Source: a virus. Taken from it: 46,790 nt of DNA. Positions 32,488-42,510 of this stretch are shown one piece after another. The number at the start of each line of letters is the position of its first letter. Position 1 is the first letter of the stretch. Location of the stretch: IMG/VR virus record IMGVR_UViG_3300048579_000027, positions 1 to 46,790 of that record. One strand, written 5' to 3'. Under the pieces are notes generated by a model. That model was not told where the DNA came from. It searched no databases and worked only from the letters and a program-made list of their open reading frames with translations. Position numbers and translations under genes: made by a program.

Positions 32488-34266
32488 TTATGCCGCGCGG
32501 GCATATTTGAACTCTGTGCCGTAGGTCGCCGCTGTTACGGTGTTCGAGCCCGACTGGTTATAGGACGACGACGAAGTGATCAGCTTGATGCCGCCGGCAA
32601 CCTTGCGGAAATGAGTGCCCTCGGTCGCAACATTGCCGTTGATCGTCACACTGTTGACGATGCCGTTGGCCCAGACATAGGGACCATCAGCGTTGGCGTT
32701 GCCGGTAAATGTTGCGGGTAAGGCGACTGTGGTGCTGGTGAGGTTTTGCGTGCAGAGCGCCTTGAAACCTGTCGGCGCGGAGTAAGCGAAGGGACGCTGA
32801 CCAAAGTTGAAATCTACACTCCCGCTGTCATACGGGAAGAAGCTCGGCGAAACCGGAACCGCTATCCCTGTCTGAGCGTAGCCTGTCCCTGCAACTGGAT
32901 CGCCGGAGTTGAACCAGCCGCTTGCGTTTCTGATGTAGAACTTCCCGCTATTCCCATCATAGCAAAAACCAAGAGTGTTACCTGCCGATGGGGCGGTCCC
33001 ATACGCGCTTTCCGAACCTGCAATGCGTTTCTGTCCGTTTGACAGGTGAAAGCCCACCGACCCGGTGGCTTCCGCTCCGCGACCCGATAGACCTTCGGCT
33101 AACGACGCGATACCGATGTAGCCATCGGTGACATTATTGACCGTTGCTTCCCAATACCACAGTCCCGGTGGAAGCCACCATGTAGACCGCACTCCAAAGA
33201 AGCCTGTAGCTGTTGTGCATTTCAGGTTACCTTCGGCAAGTACGGGCGTGCTATGTTTGTCTAGCGGGTTGAGCGTGCAGTAGTTTCCGCGAACCTCGCC
33301 GCCAGCGCCAGTGTCCGTTCCGTAATTCGTCGGCGTGTCGGTCACGCTGTCATTGCCGACGCCTGCGGTGATACTGAAATTCGTGGCAGTCCAATCGTTC
33401 GATCCGGCACCGGCTCCCGCAGCGCCGCCAGCGTCGTCATAGCCGATTGTCGTGGTGCTGGCGTTATTTGCGAACGAAAGCCAGAAGCCGTTTGTGCCAT
33501 AACCCCCCGAATACGCCTTTGGAACCCAACCGCCGGTCAGGACATTGGTCTCTCCAAATGACGAAGGGGTTAGGGCTTGTCCATCAACATATATGACCTC
33601 GGCCATATAGCCGTCAAAATAATTTGCATTCGCATAGTCGCGGCTAAACTGCCATTGCTGAGAAGCAATACCGAATGCCGTATCGTCGTTTGTTGTCGGT
33701 TGTGTATTCGTGCCAAACGCCGATAGCTGAGAACCGTTTACATAAATGCGCGAAGTTGCAGCAGTCGTATCGACATAAAATACTAAATGATACCAAGCGG
33801 ACGGATCGCGGAACACGGCGGTAGACACCATATTGAAGTCGTATGCCGCTCCATCCCACGACCAGAACTCAATCCTGTCACTGGAGTCGAAGCGAGCCAA
33901 AAGCTGCGCAGTACCCGACGTTCCAATGGAGAAGATCGTTGCGTTCGCACCGAGTTTCCCACGCTTCAACCATAGAGATAGCGTTACTTGCTTCCGATTC
34001 CCCGCAGACCCCGGAGTCCGATTCAAATAGGCGCTATCCGCAGAGTTGAAGCGCAGCGAGCGGGCGATTTGATAACCAGACTGCGCCGGCGGCGTCGAAA
34101 ATCCACCGACAAACGGAAAGAATGCGGACCTCAGATCGCAGTCCACGCACTTGATGATGCGCTCCAGCCCGGCCTTGCCGACTTTCGGCAGGCGCACGGG
34201 CTCCTTTATACCTGCGACGGCAAGCGCAAGCAGGCTCGCACCGAGCAAGGCGGCGGTCTTTTTCAT
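32488..34266 (-). CDS. LamG/concanavalin-like plus SPRY-like putative receptor-binding protein with signal-peptide-like N-terminus
   Basis: 592 aa. SLRFNSADSAYLNRTPGSAGNRKQVTLSLWLKR is the hallmark opening of LamG-type podovirus fibre proteins as I recall them. The N-terminus is MKKTAALLGASLLALAVAG. The gene is clearly lower in GC (28/60 in 33601-33660). Confidence 0.6.
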   Translation of the reverse strand: MKKTAALLGASLLALAVAGIKEPVRLPKVGKAGLERIIKCVDCDLRSAFFPFVGGFSTPPAQSGYQIARSLRFNSADSAYLNRTPGSAGNRKQVTLSLWLKRGKLGANATIFSIGTSGTAQLLARFDSSDRIEFWSWDGAAYDFNMVSTAVFRDPSAWYHLVFYVDTTAATSRIYVNGSQLSAFGTNTQPTTNDDTAFGIASQQWQFSRDYANANYFDGYMAEVIYVDGQALTPSSFGETNVLTGGWVPKAYSGGYGTNGFWLSFANNASTTTIGYDDAGGAAGAGAGSNDWTATNFSITAGVGNDSVTDTPTNYGTDTGAGGEVRGNYCTLNPLDKHSTPVLAEGNLKCTTATGFFGVRSTWWLPPGLWYWEATVNNVTDGYIGIASLAEGLSGRGAEATGSVGFHLSNGQKRIAGSESAYGTAPSAGNTLGFCYDGNSGKFYIRNASGWFNSGDPVAGTGYAQTGIAVPVSPSFFPYDSGSVDFNFGQRPFAYSAPTGFKALCTQNLTSTTVALPATFTGNANADGPYVWANGIVNSVTINGNVATEGTHFRKVAGGIKLITSSSSYNQSGSNTVTAATYGTEFKYARAA

Positions 34267-34267
34267 G

Positions 34268-35293
34268 TCAGTTGCCGATATCGAGGTCGTAGCCGACCTT
34301 CTTTAGGTACGTGCCATCCGACCGGAAGGTCACATGAGCTTCCTTCCCCGATGTGCTTGGCCAAGTAATGCCGGTGATACCTTTGTAGAGGTTGCCGAAG
34401 GCCAGGGTATGAGCGGAGGACCATACGAACGTCATGGTCACGTAGGTGCCTGCCGCAGGAACCGGCGAAGGGTTTGCCACCGTAAAATTCGAGCCGTTGA
34501 TGGCACCAGTTAGCGCCTGATAGAGATCGCCGTCCCAAGCTGTGTTGTGGGTCAATGCCTGCGGTGTCGCTTTCTGCGGCCGGGTGAAGGACTGCTTTAC
34601 GTTGGTTTTCGCGGTATTACTGTCGGCTGCCTGGAAGTCGGTCCCCGCCTCAGCCGCAGATGGCACACCCGCCGTCAACTTAACGAGGCCATTCATGGTG
34701 GCCTGCTTTAGTTGCTGGCCATCCGTGCCGTCGAACTGCACCAAAGCGTTGTTGGTTGAGCTTACAGGTCCGCCAACCCCCTCAGCGCTGGCAGCCGCAG
34801 CGATAGCCTGAGCGGCAGCAAGTTCGGCGGCAAGCTTGGCGGCCGTCGCATCGGTAGCCCCGGAGGTTGCTGCTGAGGCGGACGCATTGGCGCTTATCGC
34901 GGATGCTTGAGATGATCCGACCGCAGCGGAGATGGTGCCAAGGAGGGTGTCGAATTGATCTTGAGTGTAGTCGCCAACGTCAAACGCTTCTTGGGTTACG
35001 TAAAGCAGTTGCAGCAAGACACGGTTGATGTCTCGGCCATGTAGCAGTGCGGGCGAGTTGAATACGGAGACCAGCGATTGGACGTTTGTGATGCGCTGGA
35101 CCTTTACGGATTCCCCGTTGGACGGCGTTGAGGGAAGCTTGATTTGGCCAGTCGAGGGAAACACCAAGGTCTCTTGATCCGCCTCATCGCCGTCCACATA
35201 AACGTGGATGTCGGCCTCTTGGATGTAGCCGAACGGGATGGTGAAGGTGTCCGTGGAGCCGGACGCCGTGTAGGTCTCGAAACTGTAGGCCAT
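34268..35293 (-). CDS. Tail fibre protein, T7 gp17 N-terminal-domain type
   Basis: 341 aa. YTASGSTDTFTIPFGYIQEADIHVYVDGD...ESVKVQRITN fits the gp17 N-domain pattern. Ala-rich coiled central region. Confidence 0.72.
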   Translation of the reverse strand: MAYSFETYTASGSTDTFTIPFGYIQEADIHVYVDGDEADQETLVFPSTGQIKLPSTPSNGESVKVQRITNVQSLVSVFNSPALLHGRDINRVLLQLLYVTQEAFDVGDYTQDQFDTLLGTISAAVGSSQASAISANASASAATSGATDATAAKLAAELAAAQAIAAAASAEGVGGPVSSTNNALVQFDGTDGQQLKQATMNGLVKLTAGVPSAAEAGTDFQAADSNTAKTNVKQSFTRPQKATPQALTHNTAWDGDLYQALTGAINGSNFTVANPSPVPAAGTYVTMTFVWSSAHTLAFGNLYKGITGITWPSTSGKEAHVTFRSDGTYLKKVGYDLDIGN

Positions 35294-35301
35294 CTAGTTC
35301 C

Positions 35302-38300
35302 TCAGGGCTGCGGCACAACGCCGAAGTTCGGGATGCCAAGCCCGTAGCTCTTGAGCACGGTGTTGACTTGCTCGGTGGACGCACTCGTGGCTGCGGAGCG
35401 AACGTCCTTCCTCCCCGAGACTGTGGCGCGGAATATCTCATCGGCGCGCTCGGCCAACCTCTCGCGGAACGTCTTGTCCTCCCCCTTAAGGCGCTCCATC
35501 GCGGCCTTCCTGTAGTCGGAGATGGTGGAAAACATCATCCACTCCTTGGTGGAGTTCTCCGAGGTCCGGCCGTGCGGTGCCGCCTTGTAGGTGTCGGTCC
35601 CCACGAGTTTCGTGAGGGCGTCCTTGAGCGGAGGCATCCCCTTGGAGGGCTGGCGGGTTAGCTCCTGGTACCGCTCATAGGCGTTGCGCCCAGACTCCAG
35701 CGTGATTTCGCGGAGGTCGAGATTCTCCGTCCCGACTCTCGGGTTCGGAGGGAGGAGCACGTTGCCCGTCATCGCATAGGATTCGTCCAAGGCACGCGCG
35801 AGAGGTCCCGCATTCTTTTGCTCGTTGACGAACCGTCCGGGGATGGTCACGGGGTCTCCGAACACGTCGTAACGCTTCGGTACCTCGCTGGAATATCCGG
35901 GGAGCGTGGCCTTGATGGAATCCACAAAGGTGTGGACCTCGCGGAGGTACGGGTCTGGGTTGACGTTGCGGAACAGCGTGGACCACGGGATGAAGCCGGG
36001 GGCCGTCCGCTGCGGGAGCGACTTCATGCGGTTGTCGTCCGTTAGGGCGGCCATGAAGTCAGATAGGTTCTTGAGGAACGTCTTGTCGCGTAGCTGGTGG
36101 GAGAGCCCCAGTAGCGCCGCCGTTGCGAGGTTCGCCTCCTCATCCTCGTTAAGGTGGTTCTGCATGAGGATGTCCACCACGTCGGCGGCAAGTGCGAACG
36201 GAGCTTGGATGGGGTCAAGGCGGCTGAGTTGGATGTGAGTCTTGCGGTCACCGTCCTGGATCACGAGGCTGTAAGGCTGGTTGCCCTGCGCTTGCCATTG
36301 CGCTTTCATCTTTGCGGACGACGGACCGGAGCCTGTGAGTTGTCCGTTGAGCCGCATGTAGACGGCCGACGAAACGAACAACGTCCCCAGCATCATTTGC
36401 CCGATGGCCCGCGCCTGATCCTCCGCGCCCCTCGCCCCTGAGATGGCGTTGACGTATTCCTTTTGGAGGAGGTTGAGGCCCGGAGTGAGTTTGACTCCGT
36501 AGCGGAATAGGTTCGCGGGCGTCTTGACGAACGGCGTGATGAGGCGGAGCGCAGGGCTTTGCGACACACCTTGCTGCCACAGGGCCCCGAGGGACTTGTA
36601 GTCTCCCCACGTGTTGCCCGTGTTGGACTCAAGGAGGTCTTGCTGGAAGGTTGTCGCACGGGCCTCCGCGAGGGCGTTGCCGTCGAGAGCCCTTCCGCTC
36701 TCATCGAAGGCTTCCGCTACGCGACTCTTGATGTAATTCGCATAGGCCTCCGTGCCGGCCTTGAGGCCAATCTCATCGGCATCCGTCGCGGCCTTCGCAA
36801 TGACCACGCTGCGGTACCGCATCGTCTTTATCATCTCATCGGTAGCGCCCATGAAGCGTAGCGAACCATGAAGTGTCACGTTGGTGGACATGATGGCATT
36901 CGCTATCACGTCATCCATGGACTTGACGGGACGCCACACGATTGCTCCGGTACCGCCCCTCTGGGCTCCCGTCGCGTCGTGGAACGTGTCGATTGTGTGA
37001 GGCGCGAGTCTGGAGTCGCCGTTGAGGAACGCATGTACCGCAGCGTTCCAGCCATCGGAGATTTGAGCGGCGAATTGGATGGACTCCCGCCGCGATTGCA
37101 CGCGGAGAGTTTGTGCGGTGGCGCGGAGGGCTTCGTCGCCACGAATTGCGCCATAGGCTCCTTGTGCTGTTGCCCCGAGGAATTTCTCCAGCGGACGCCA
37201 CTGCGTCATCGCTACGTTCATCGCGAGGTTTACGGTCTGCGTGGACCAACCCCAAAGCAGGTTCGCGGCCTGGAAACCACCAACCCAGTCCACCGCCAGC
37301 TTGAGGTATCCCGGCTGACCCATCTTCGCGATGCCTGCCGTGTCTCCCCCTGTGGAGAGGATGGCTTGACGGACCGCATCCATGTCTACGCTTCGCAGAG
37401 CACCGTCCTGAAATTCCAGCCGCGCCATTGCATCGGCTCGGACCTGGAAGTCCCCTCGCGCCCGACGCATCGTCCTGCCCGCAGCGGCTAGCATTGCTTT
37501 CGCTTGGGCCATCATTTCTAGGGATAGCTGCAAGCGTTCCTTGAGTGTGGCCTCCGCAGCCGCCTTGGAGCCAAAGCCTGTGTAGTTCTCCACCTCGATG
37601 CGGCGCGCGAGGTCGTATGTATCTTGGAAAGCGCGGTTGGCGATGAGAAACGAGGTCTCCATGTTGGCTACCATCGTCTTAGCATTCTCGCCGGCACCCT
37701 TGATGAGTCCGATGAGTAGGCTTGGGTCCTCGTTGAACACGCGGGCCCGCTGCGACACCATCGCTTCAAGTTGTGCATCCGAGAGGACACCGTTGCGGCC
37801 ACCCTTGGCCTTCGCAACGTAATCGCTGTTCTGCTCAACGATCTGGCCAACCCATGCGCGTGCCTCATCGGGGCCTGCGAACTTCTGCCACGGAATTAAG
37901 TCTTGGCCGCCGAACTTGTGGCCCTCATCTATCGCGCGCTCGATGGAGCCGCCTGCTTTCTCAATGGCGGCATTATCGCGCTGCATCCGGGAGAACACCT
38001 CGGGGGTAATCTCCACTTCGGGAAGCGCGGGGGCGCGGGGCTTTTCGGCTCGCGGGACTTCCGCTCCGACTACCTGACGGGCACCCCCTGCTGTAGCCAA
38101 CTCAGGAGGAGCAACAGCACCACCATTTGCCCGAGGAGCTTCAACGCCACCACCCACTCCTCCAGGTGGAGGGGAAGTAGGGACAGGGGTTGGCACTTCG
38201 GGTGCGAGAGGGCCCGCGTCGTGGAGCGGGGAGCCACCCTGCGTAGGCGTACCGGGAGGAATCGGCTGCGGATTGTTGAGGGTTTCCTCCAGCGAGGCCA

Positions 38301-39150
38301 CAGAGCGGTATTGAGCATTCGGAGCGTCCGGTGTGTTGAAGGTGCCTGGAGGAACGGGATGCGGAGTTGCAGGAGGGAGCGCCTCATCGGCCGCTTGCTG
38401 CTCACGCATGGCGTAACGCACGAACGCTTCGTTGGCATCCTCCAAAGCTTTGTCGGCCTCAGCGGTGTTACCCGCTCGCCGAAGTTTCATGGACTTCACC
38501 ACAAGGATAAATCCGGTAGCAACTACATCGCCGATGATGGATTCAACGGCCGCCTTGAAGCGCCCCTCAGCCTTCTTGTCCTCAGGCTTTGCAGCAAGAT
38601 ATGCCGTGAGGGAGTTGCTAACGATGGGATACCGCTCAACAAAGTTGGATAGGCGCTCCTCGTAGGGGTCGAACGCAACGGCACCCACGATTGCCGCACG
38701 CCCCACGTCTTTCGCCCAGCCGGCCGCGCCACCAGCACCCTTAAGCGCCTTGATCTTCCCAAGGCCAATAAACCCTGTGCCGAACTGCGAGACGTTACGT
38801 GCGATGCCATTGATGACGTTGCCGCGTTCGAGGATCGTGGTGGAGCGCTCGATGAGTTTGCGCGGAGTGCTCTTGTCCTCAAAGTTCGGTTCTCCGAGGA
38901 GCGCATCCTTGGTCTCAAAGAAAGTCTTTGCGGCTCCCCGCATGGCAGAGCCAAAGAGGTCCGTGTCGTTTCCGAGGAGCGTGGCGAGCGGGTCGCCCCC
39001 TTGCGCAGGATTGCCGGCGATCTGCTGTTCGGCTTGGTCCATCGCGGCCTTCCAAAGGTCAACCTTCGGAGGTGCTTGAGGCGGTCCCTCGGGGGGACGC
39101 GCATCGGCCCCCTCATTGACTGGGGGCTGGACCTGGGCGGGTTCGTCCAC
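35302..39150 (-). CDS. Internal virion (core/ejection) protein, T7 gp16-size class
   Basis: 1282 aa, GTG start. Its size and its position just before the fibre genes match the gp16 slot. Confidence 0.65.
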   Translation of the reverse strand: MDEPAQVQPPVNEGADARPPEGPPQAPPKVDLWKAAMDQAEQQIAGNPAQGGDPLATLLGNDTDLFGSAMRGAAKTFFETKDALLGEPNFEDKSTPRKLIERSTTILERGNVINGIARNVSQFGTGFIGLGKIKALKGAGGAAGWAKDVGRAAIVGAVAFDPYEERLSNFVERYPIVSNSLTAYLAAKPEDKKAEGRFKAAVESIIGDVVATGFILVVKSMKLRRAGNTAEADKALEDANEAFVRYAMREQQAADEALPPATPHPVPPGTFNTPDAPNAQYRSVASLEETLNNPQPIPPGTPTQGGSPLHDAGPLAPEVPTPVPTSPPPGGVGGGVEAPRANGGAVAPPELATAGGARQVVGAEVPRAEKPRAPALPEVEITPEVFSRMQRDNAAIEKAGGSIERAIDEGHKFGGQDLIPWQKFAGPDEARAWVGQIVEQNSDYVAKAKGGRNGVLSDAQLEAMVSQRARVFNEDPSLLIGLIKGAGENAKTMVANMETSFLIANRAFQDTYDLARRIEVENYTGFGSKAAAEATLKERLQLSLEMMAQAKAMLAAAGRTMRRARGDFQVRADAMARLEFQDGALRSVDMDAVRQAILSTGGDTAGIAKMGQPGYLKLAVDWVGGFQAANLLWGWSTQTVNLAMNVAMTQWRPLEKFLGATAQGAYGAIRGDEALRATAQTLRVQSRRESIQFAAQISDGWNAAVHAFLNGDSRLAPHTIDTFHDATGAQRGGTGAIVWRPVKSMDDVIANAIMSTNVTLHGSLRFMGATDEMIKTMRYRSVVIAKAATDADEIGLKAGTEAYANYIKSRVAEAFDESGRALDGNALAEARATTFQQDLLESNTGNTWGDYKSLGALWQQGVSQSPALRLITPFVKTPANLFRYGVKLTPGLNLLQKEYVNAISGARGAEDQARAIGQMMLGTLFVSSAVYMRLNGQLTGSGPSSAKMKAQWQAQGNQPYSLVIQDGDRKTHIQLSRLDPIQAPFALAADVVDILMQNHLNEDEEANLATAALLGLSHQLRDKTFLKNLSDFMAALTDDNRMKSLPQRTAPGFIPWSTLFRNVNPDPYLREVHTFVDSIKATLPGYSSEVPKRYDVFGDPVTIPGRFVNEQKNAGPLARALDESYAMTGNVLLPPNPRVGTENLDLREITLESGRNAYERYQELTRQPSKGMPPLKDALTKLVGTDTYKAAPHGRTSENSTKEWMMFSTISDYRKAAMERLKGEDKTFRERLAERADEIFRATVSGRKDVRSAATSASTEQVNTVLKSYGLGIPNFGVVPQP

Positions 39151-39257
39151 TTAGACTTGCCTCGTGCTCTGCGATTATTGATGAGGTGGTAGGATGGCGG
39201 CGATAAAACGCTTGGCCTACGTCACGTTAATTGTCGTGGCGGTGATCGCGGGAATGC

Positions 39258-39371
39258 TTATTCGCCAGTGGTGGGCTGGCGCGCTTTAGGCCTATTGGAA
39301 ACCTCTGCGATGCCGATGATGGCAATTGAGATGAGGAATCCGAACAGGATGAACGCGGCGTCAGCGCTCAC
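39258..39371 (-). CDS. 37-aa membrane peptide following the M15 peptidase gene (not in ORF track)
   Basis: GTG overlaps the peptidase stop (GTGA), with AGGA 7 nt upstream. Encodes (V)SADAAFILFGFLISIAIIGIAEVSNRPKARQPTTGE. A competing plus-strand ORF exists at 39194-39289. Confidence 0.3.
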   Translation of the reverse strand: MSADAAFILFGFLISIAIIGIAEVSNRPKARQPTTGE

Positions 39372-39760
39372 GGATACGTCCTGTAGGGAAGCTGGAAGTG
39401 CGGGCCGTCCTTGAACGACTTCCAGTCACCTCCCCATTCCACGGAAACCCCAAGAGACTTCGCGGCCTGCTTCATCACTTTCGCGAACGTGGCGAACAGG
39501 GGCCAATCCCATCGGAGTTTGCCGTTGATGATGAACGCCACGTCTAGCGCCTTGGAGGTACCGTCCTTGCCGGGGATGTGGCGGGAGTTCATCGTCTTGG
39601 AGGCACCCTTCGCGACAAGGATGCGCTGCTCCTCAACGGATCGCGCCCCGCACGTCACGATGGGCTTCGTGTCGGTGAGGCGGTAAGCCTCGCGAAAGAC
39701 TTTCACAAGGTCGGGGTGGACCTTCTTGAGGTTGCGCTCAGTGCGCGCATCGAGGCTCAT
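39368..39760 (-). CDS. Zn-dependent peptidoglycan peptidase, M15 family (VanY/L-Ala-D-Glu peptidase-type endolysin)
   Basis: 130 aa. SRHIPGKDGTSKALD (H..D metal ligands) and GGDWKSFKDGPHFQL (D..H). Confidence 0.8.
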   Translation of the reverse strand: MSLDARTERNLKKVHPDLVKVFREAYRLTDTKPIVTCGARSVEEQRILVAKGASKTMNSRHIPGKDGTSKALDVAFIINGKLRWDWPLFATFAKVMKQAAKSLGVSVEWGGDWKSFKDGPHFQLPYRTYP

Positions 39761-42507
39761 GCTTCTTGCTCCTCACTCTTGATGGATGCCAGCGCGGTCT
39801 CGTAGGGGATGCCCTGTAGCTTGTGCATCCACACCGCGATGAACTGCTTGCTGGAGATGTGCTCAACAGAGCCGAACCTTGCGCGCATGTCCGAAGGGAC
39901 GTTCCCCCACACTGCGAGCTTCGCCCAGCCGTCGCCCTTGCGGCGTCCCTCTCCGGTGCCCAGCATGGAGCGCCACGCGGGTTGGTCTGGATGTGCGACG
40001 TGAGCGCGGAGGCCCGCCTCCCCTTGCTGGTGCATGAGGTAGACCTCGGTGGGACTCGGCTGGCGGCCGAACTCAGCGGCAAACTTCGCTTCCTTTTCGC
40101 GGAGGGAGCGGATGCCGGCACGCAGGTTGGACTCGGGATGGAAGATGTCTCCGCCGTCTCCGAACCGCGAGAACTCCGCATCGGATAGCTGGAGGAATCC
40201 TTTGTAGCTTCCGGTTCGGGCGCGTGGGTTAGCTCCAGACTCGATGGAGACGTAGGCCTTGAGGCGGTTCGGGTCGTACCCTTCCTCGCGGGCTATGCGC
40301 TCGATGAGTCCGCCGTAGGCGCTGCGGTCCACCTGAGCGATGCGCGAGCGGGATACTTCGCTGGTTGCCATTTCGGCGGGCCTTTCGTTCAAGCCTTGAA
40401 ACGCTGCGGGGATGACGTGAGGCGCTACCGCAGCGAATGCGTTGCGGATTCCCGCGAGGGCTTCCTCGGGGATTCCATCGGAGGTGATTTGTCCAAGTCC
40501 CGGAATGTTGACCGTGAAGCGTCCTGTGCGGAGCGCCTCAGAGACTTGCTGCGGATCAATTTGCAGTTCGCCTGATCGTTGCGGGGAGGCCGGTGCGGGA
40601 GCGCCTTGGGGTTCTGGGCTCGCGGGATTCCCACTCGGGGCTTGCCCGTTCGGTGCCGCTGGGGCACTCCCGCCCGGCATACGGGACTTCAACCGCTGGA
40701 GGTTTTCATACGTGCGGTTGATGAGTAGTTGCGGGTCAACACCAAGCTTCTTTGCGCGCTGCTCCACGTCTTGACGTTGTGCGGGAGTTAGCTGGAGGTC
40801 GTTGATGTTGGGCGATGTCGGAGCGGTGAGCATTTTGTTTACCCACGGATCGACTCCAGGTGTCACTCGCTCCGGTGCGGGTCCTGCTCCGCGCGGCTGC
40901 TCAGGGCTTCCAGGTTCGGCGGGGCGTAGCGCGGGGTTGTCCCCTGTGCCTACACCTTGCGGCTGCGTGTAACTCGGCTTCTCGCCGCTGCCGTCGAGGC
41001 CCTTGTAGATTTGCTCTCCGAGGCCTTGGAGGAATTTCTCGCGCTCCATCGGCGAAGCGTTGGGGTTCTTGAGCACCCACTCCATCGCGGTGATGTTTGC
41101 ATCGTACACCGCCGCGCGGCCAGCTTCCGTGAGGCCCGGCTCCTGGTTGATGGAGCCCTTCCACTTGGGGTCGGCCGCCTTGGACTGGATGTTAGTGATG
41201 ATGCGCTTGAAGGACGGGTGCTCGGTGATCTTTGAGCCGGAGGCCGCGTGCTTCTCGGAGAGGTCGAGAAACTCAATGGCCTTCTTGAAGGTGTCTGGGT
41301 CTTTGAGGTCGCCTGATCCAAGCGCCCGCCGGATTGCCGGCATGCCACCGCCATTGAGGATGTCCTGATAAAGCTGCGCCCGCTTGGTAGGGTCCTCGAT
41401 GACCTGCCCATCCATGATGGTCTTGCGGTATGCGAAGATGTCCTTGCGGAAATTGGGGTCGTGCTTCTCGATGCGCTTGATGAGGTCCTCGGGGACCTCT
41501 GCGGTAGGATTCTCCACGAGGCGCTTGGTGGCCTCACGGAGTGCCACATCGTGCTCCGCCTTGTCGGCGCGCTGCTGGGCCGTGCGGGAGCGTTCTTCAT
41601 CCTGGTGAACAAGGCGCTTGATTGTCTCGCCGGCCTTATACTTCTGGTCGCGCCCATACTCGCTATCCGAGATGGGGACACCATCGGCGGACATGCGGTC
41701 CAGGACGGTGAGGATTCTCTCGTCTTTATTCTCGATGGCTCTCGCGGTGACCGCATTAATCAGCGTCTTGTCCAGCGCTTCACGCTCCATGCCTTGGGCA
41801 CGACCGTTAGCGCGAACTTGCTGGAGTGCGTCTCCGAGGGCCACAAGGTCGGTGCCGCCCTCCCGCGCTCGCCCCTCACGGATATAGGCGTCAATGTACC
41901 CTGTGGTTACGGAGGTGATGGCGTTGTGGGCTCGGTACTGCGTGTCCTGTGCGCGGTCTGTGACCCACTTGTTGGAATACTTTGCGTGGAGCTTCTCCAC
42001 CTGGGGCATGAGGCCACGGAGGACTCCAGCGGGCTTGCCTTCTAGCTCGCCCTTCATGAAGCCCCCGAAGAACGAGTCGAAGGCTTTGGGGTCGTCCGAA
42101 GTTTTGCCAGCCCATCCCGAGTAGGCGGCTCCTAGTTTTCCATCGAGTTGGACACCGTAAGCTTCGCCCTGCGCTTTCTGGTACCCGTTGCGATACTGCG
42201 GGGATGCGAAAGGTGGAATGCCTCCGGTGCCGCCCGTGCGCTCGTACTCGGCGGTGGCCTCTGCGGCTCCCTCACTGTTGCGAGTCCAGAAGTCACGCTC
42301 ACCCCTGAGCCGTTCTTCCTCGCGGCCCGCCTTGTCGGCAACCTCGTAGGCTTCTCCAAGATTGGTGTTGAAGTTCTTTAGCGCGTTGGCAACGTCCCAC
42401 AGGTTGCTCTTTGGAGGTGTGGCGACACGCTCAAAGTTGTCGTAGGTCTGAGCGGCTGGACGGAGCGCCTCCGAGATTTCTACAGAGGGAGTTTTTGGAC
42501 GTGCCAC
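39757..42507 (-). CDS. Internal virion protein (gp15 position) with C-terminal lytic transglycosylase (SLT) domain
   Basis: 916 aa. YVSIESGANPRARTGSYKGFLQLSDAEF has the catalytic E-S and G..QL motif, followed by YLMHQQG. Confidence 0.75.
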   Translation of the reverse strand: MARPKTPSVEISEALRPAAQTYDNFERVATPPKSNLWDVANALKNFNTNLGEAYEVADKAGREEERLRGERDFWTRNSEGAAEATAEYERTGGTGGIPPFASPQYRNGYQKAQGEAYGVQLDGKLGAAYSGWAGKTSDDPKAFDSFFGGFMKGELEGKPAGVLRGLMPQVEKLHAKYSNKWVTDRAQDTQYRAHNAITSVTTGYIDAYIREGRAREGGTDLVALGDALQQVRANGRAQGMEREALDKTLINAVTARAIENKDERILTVLDRMSADGVPISDSEYGRDQKYKAGETIKRLVHQDEERSRTAQQRADKAEHDVALREATKRLVENPTAEVPEDLIKRIEKHDPNFRKDIFAYRKTIMDGQVIEDPTKRAQLYQDILNGGGMPAIRRALGSGDLKDPDTFKKAIEFLDLSEKHAASGSKITEHPSFKRIITNIQSKAADPKWKGSINQEPGLTEAGRAAVYDANITAMEWVLKNPNASPMEREKFLQGLGEQIYKGLDGSGEKPSYTQPQGVGTGDNPALRPAEPGSPEQPRGAGPAPERVTPGVDPWVNKMLTAPTSPNINDLQLTPAQRQDVEQRAKKLGVDPQLLINRTYENLQRLKSRMPGGSAPAAPNGQAPSGNPASPEPQGAPAPASPQRSGELQIDPQQVSEALRTGRFTVNIPGLGQITSDGIPEEALAGIRNAFAAVAPHVIPAAFQGLNERPAEMATSEVSRSRIAQVDRSAYGGLIERIAREEGYDPNRLKAYVSIESGANPRARTGSYKGFLQLSDAEFSRFGDGGDIFHPESNLRAGIRSLREKEAKFAAEFGRQPSPTEVYLMHQQGEAGLRAHVAHPDQPAWRSMLGTGEGRRKGDGWAKLAVWGNVPSDMRARFGSVEHISSKQFIAVWMHKLQGIPYETALASIKSEEQEA

Positions 42508-42510
42508 CCG

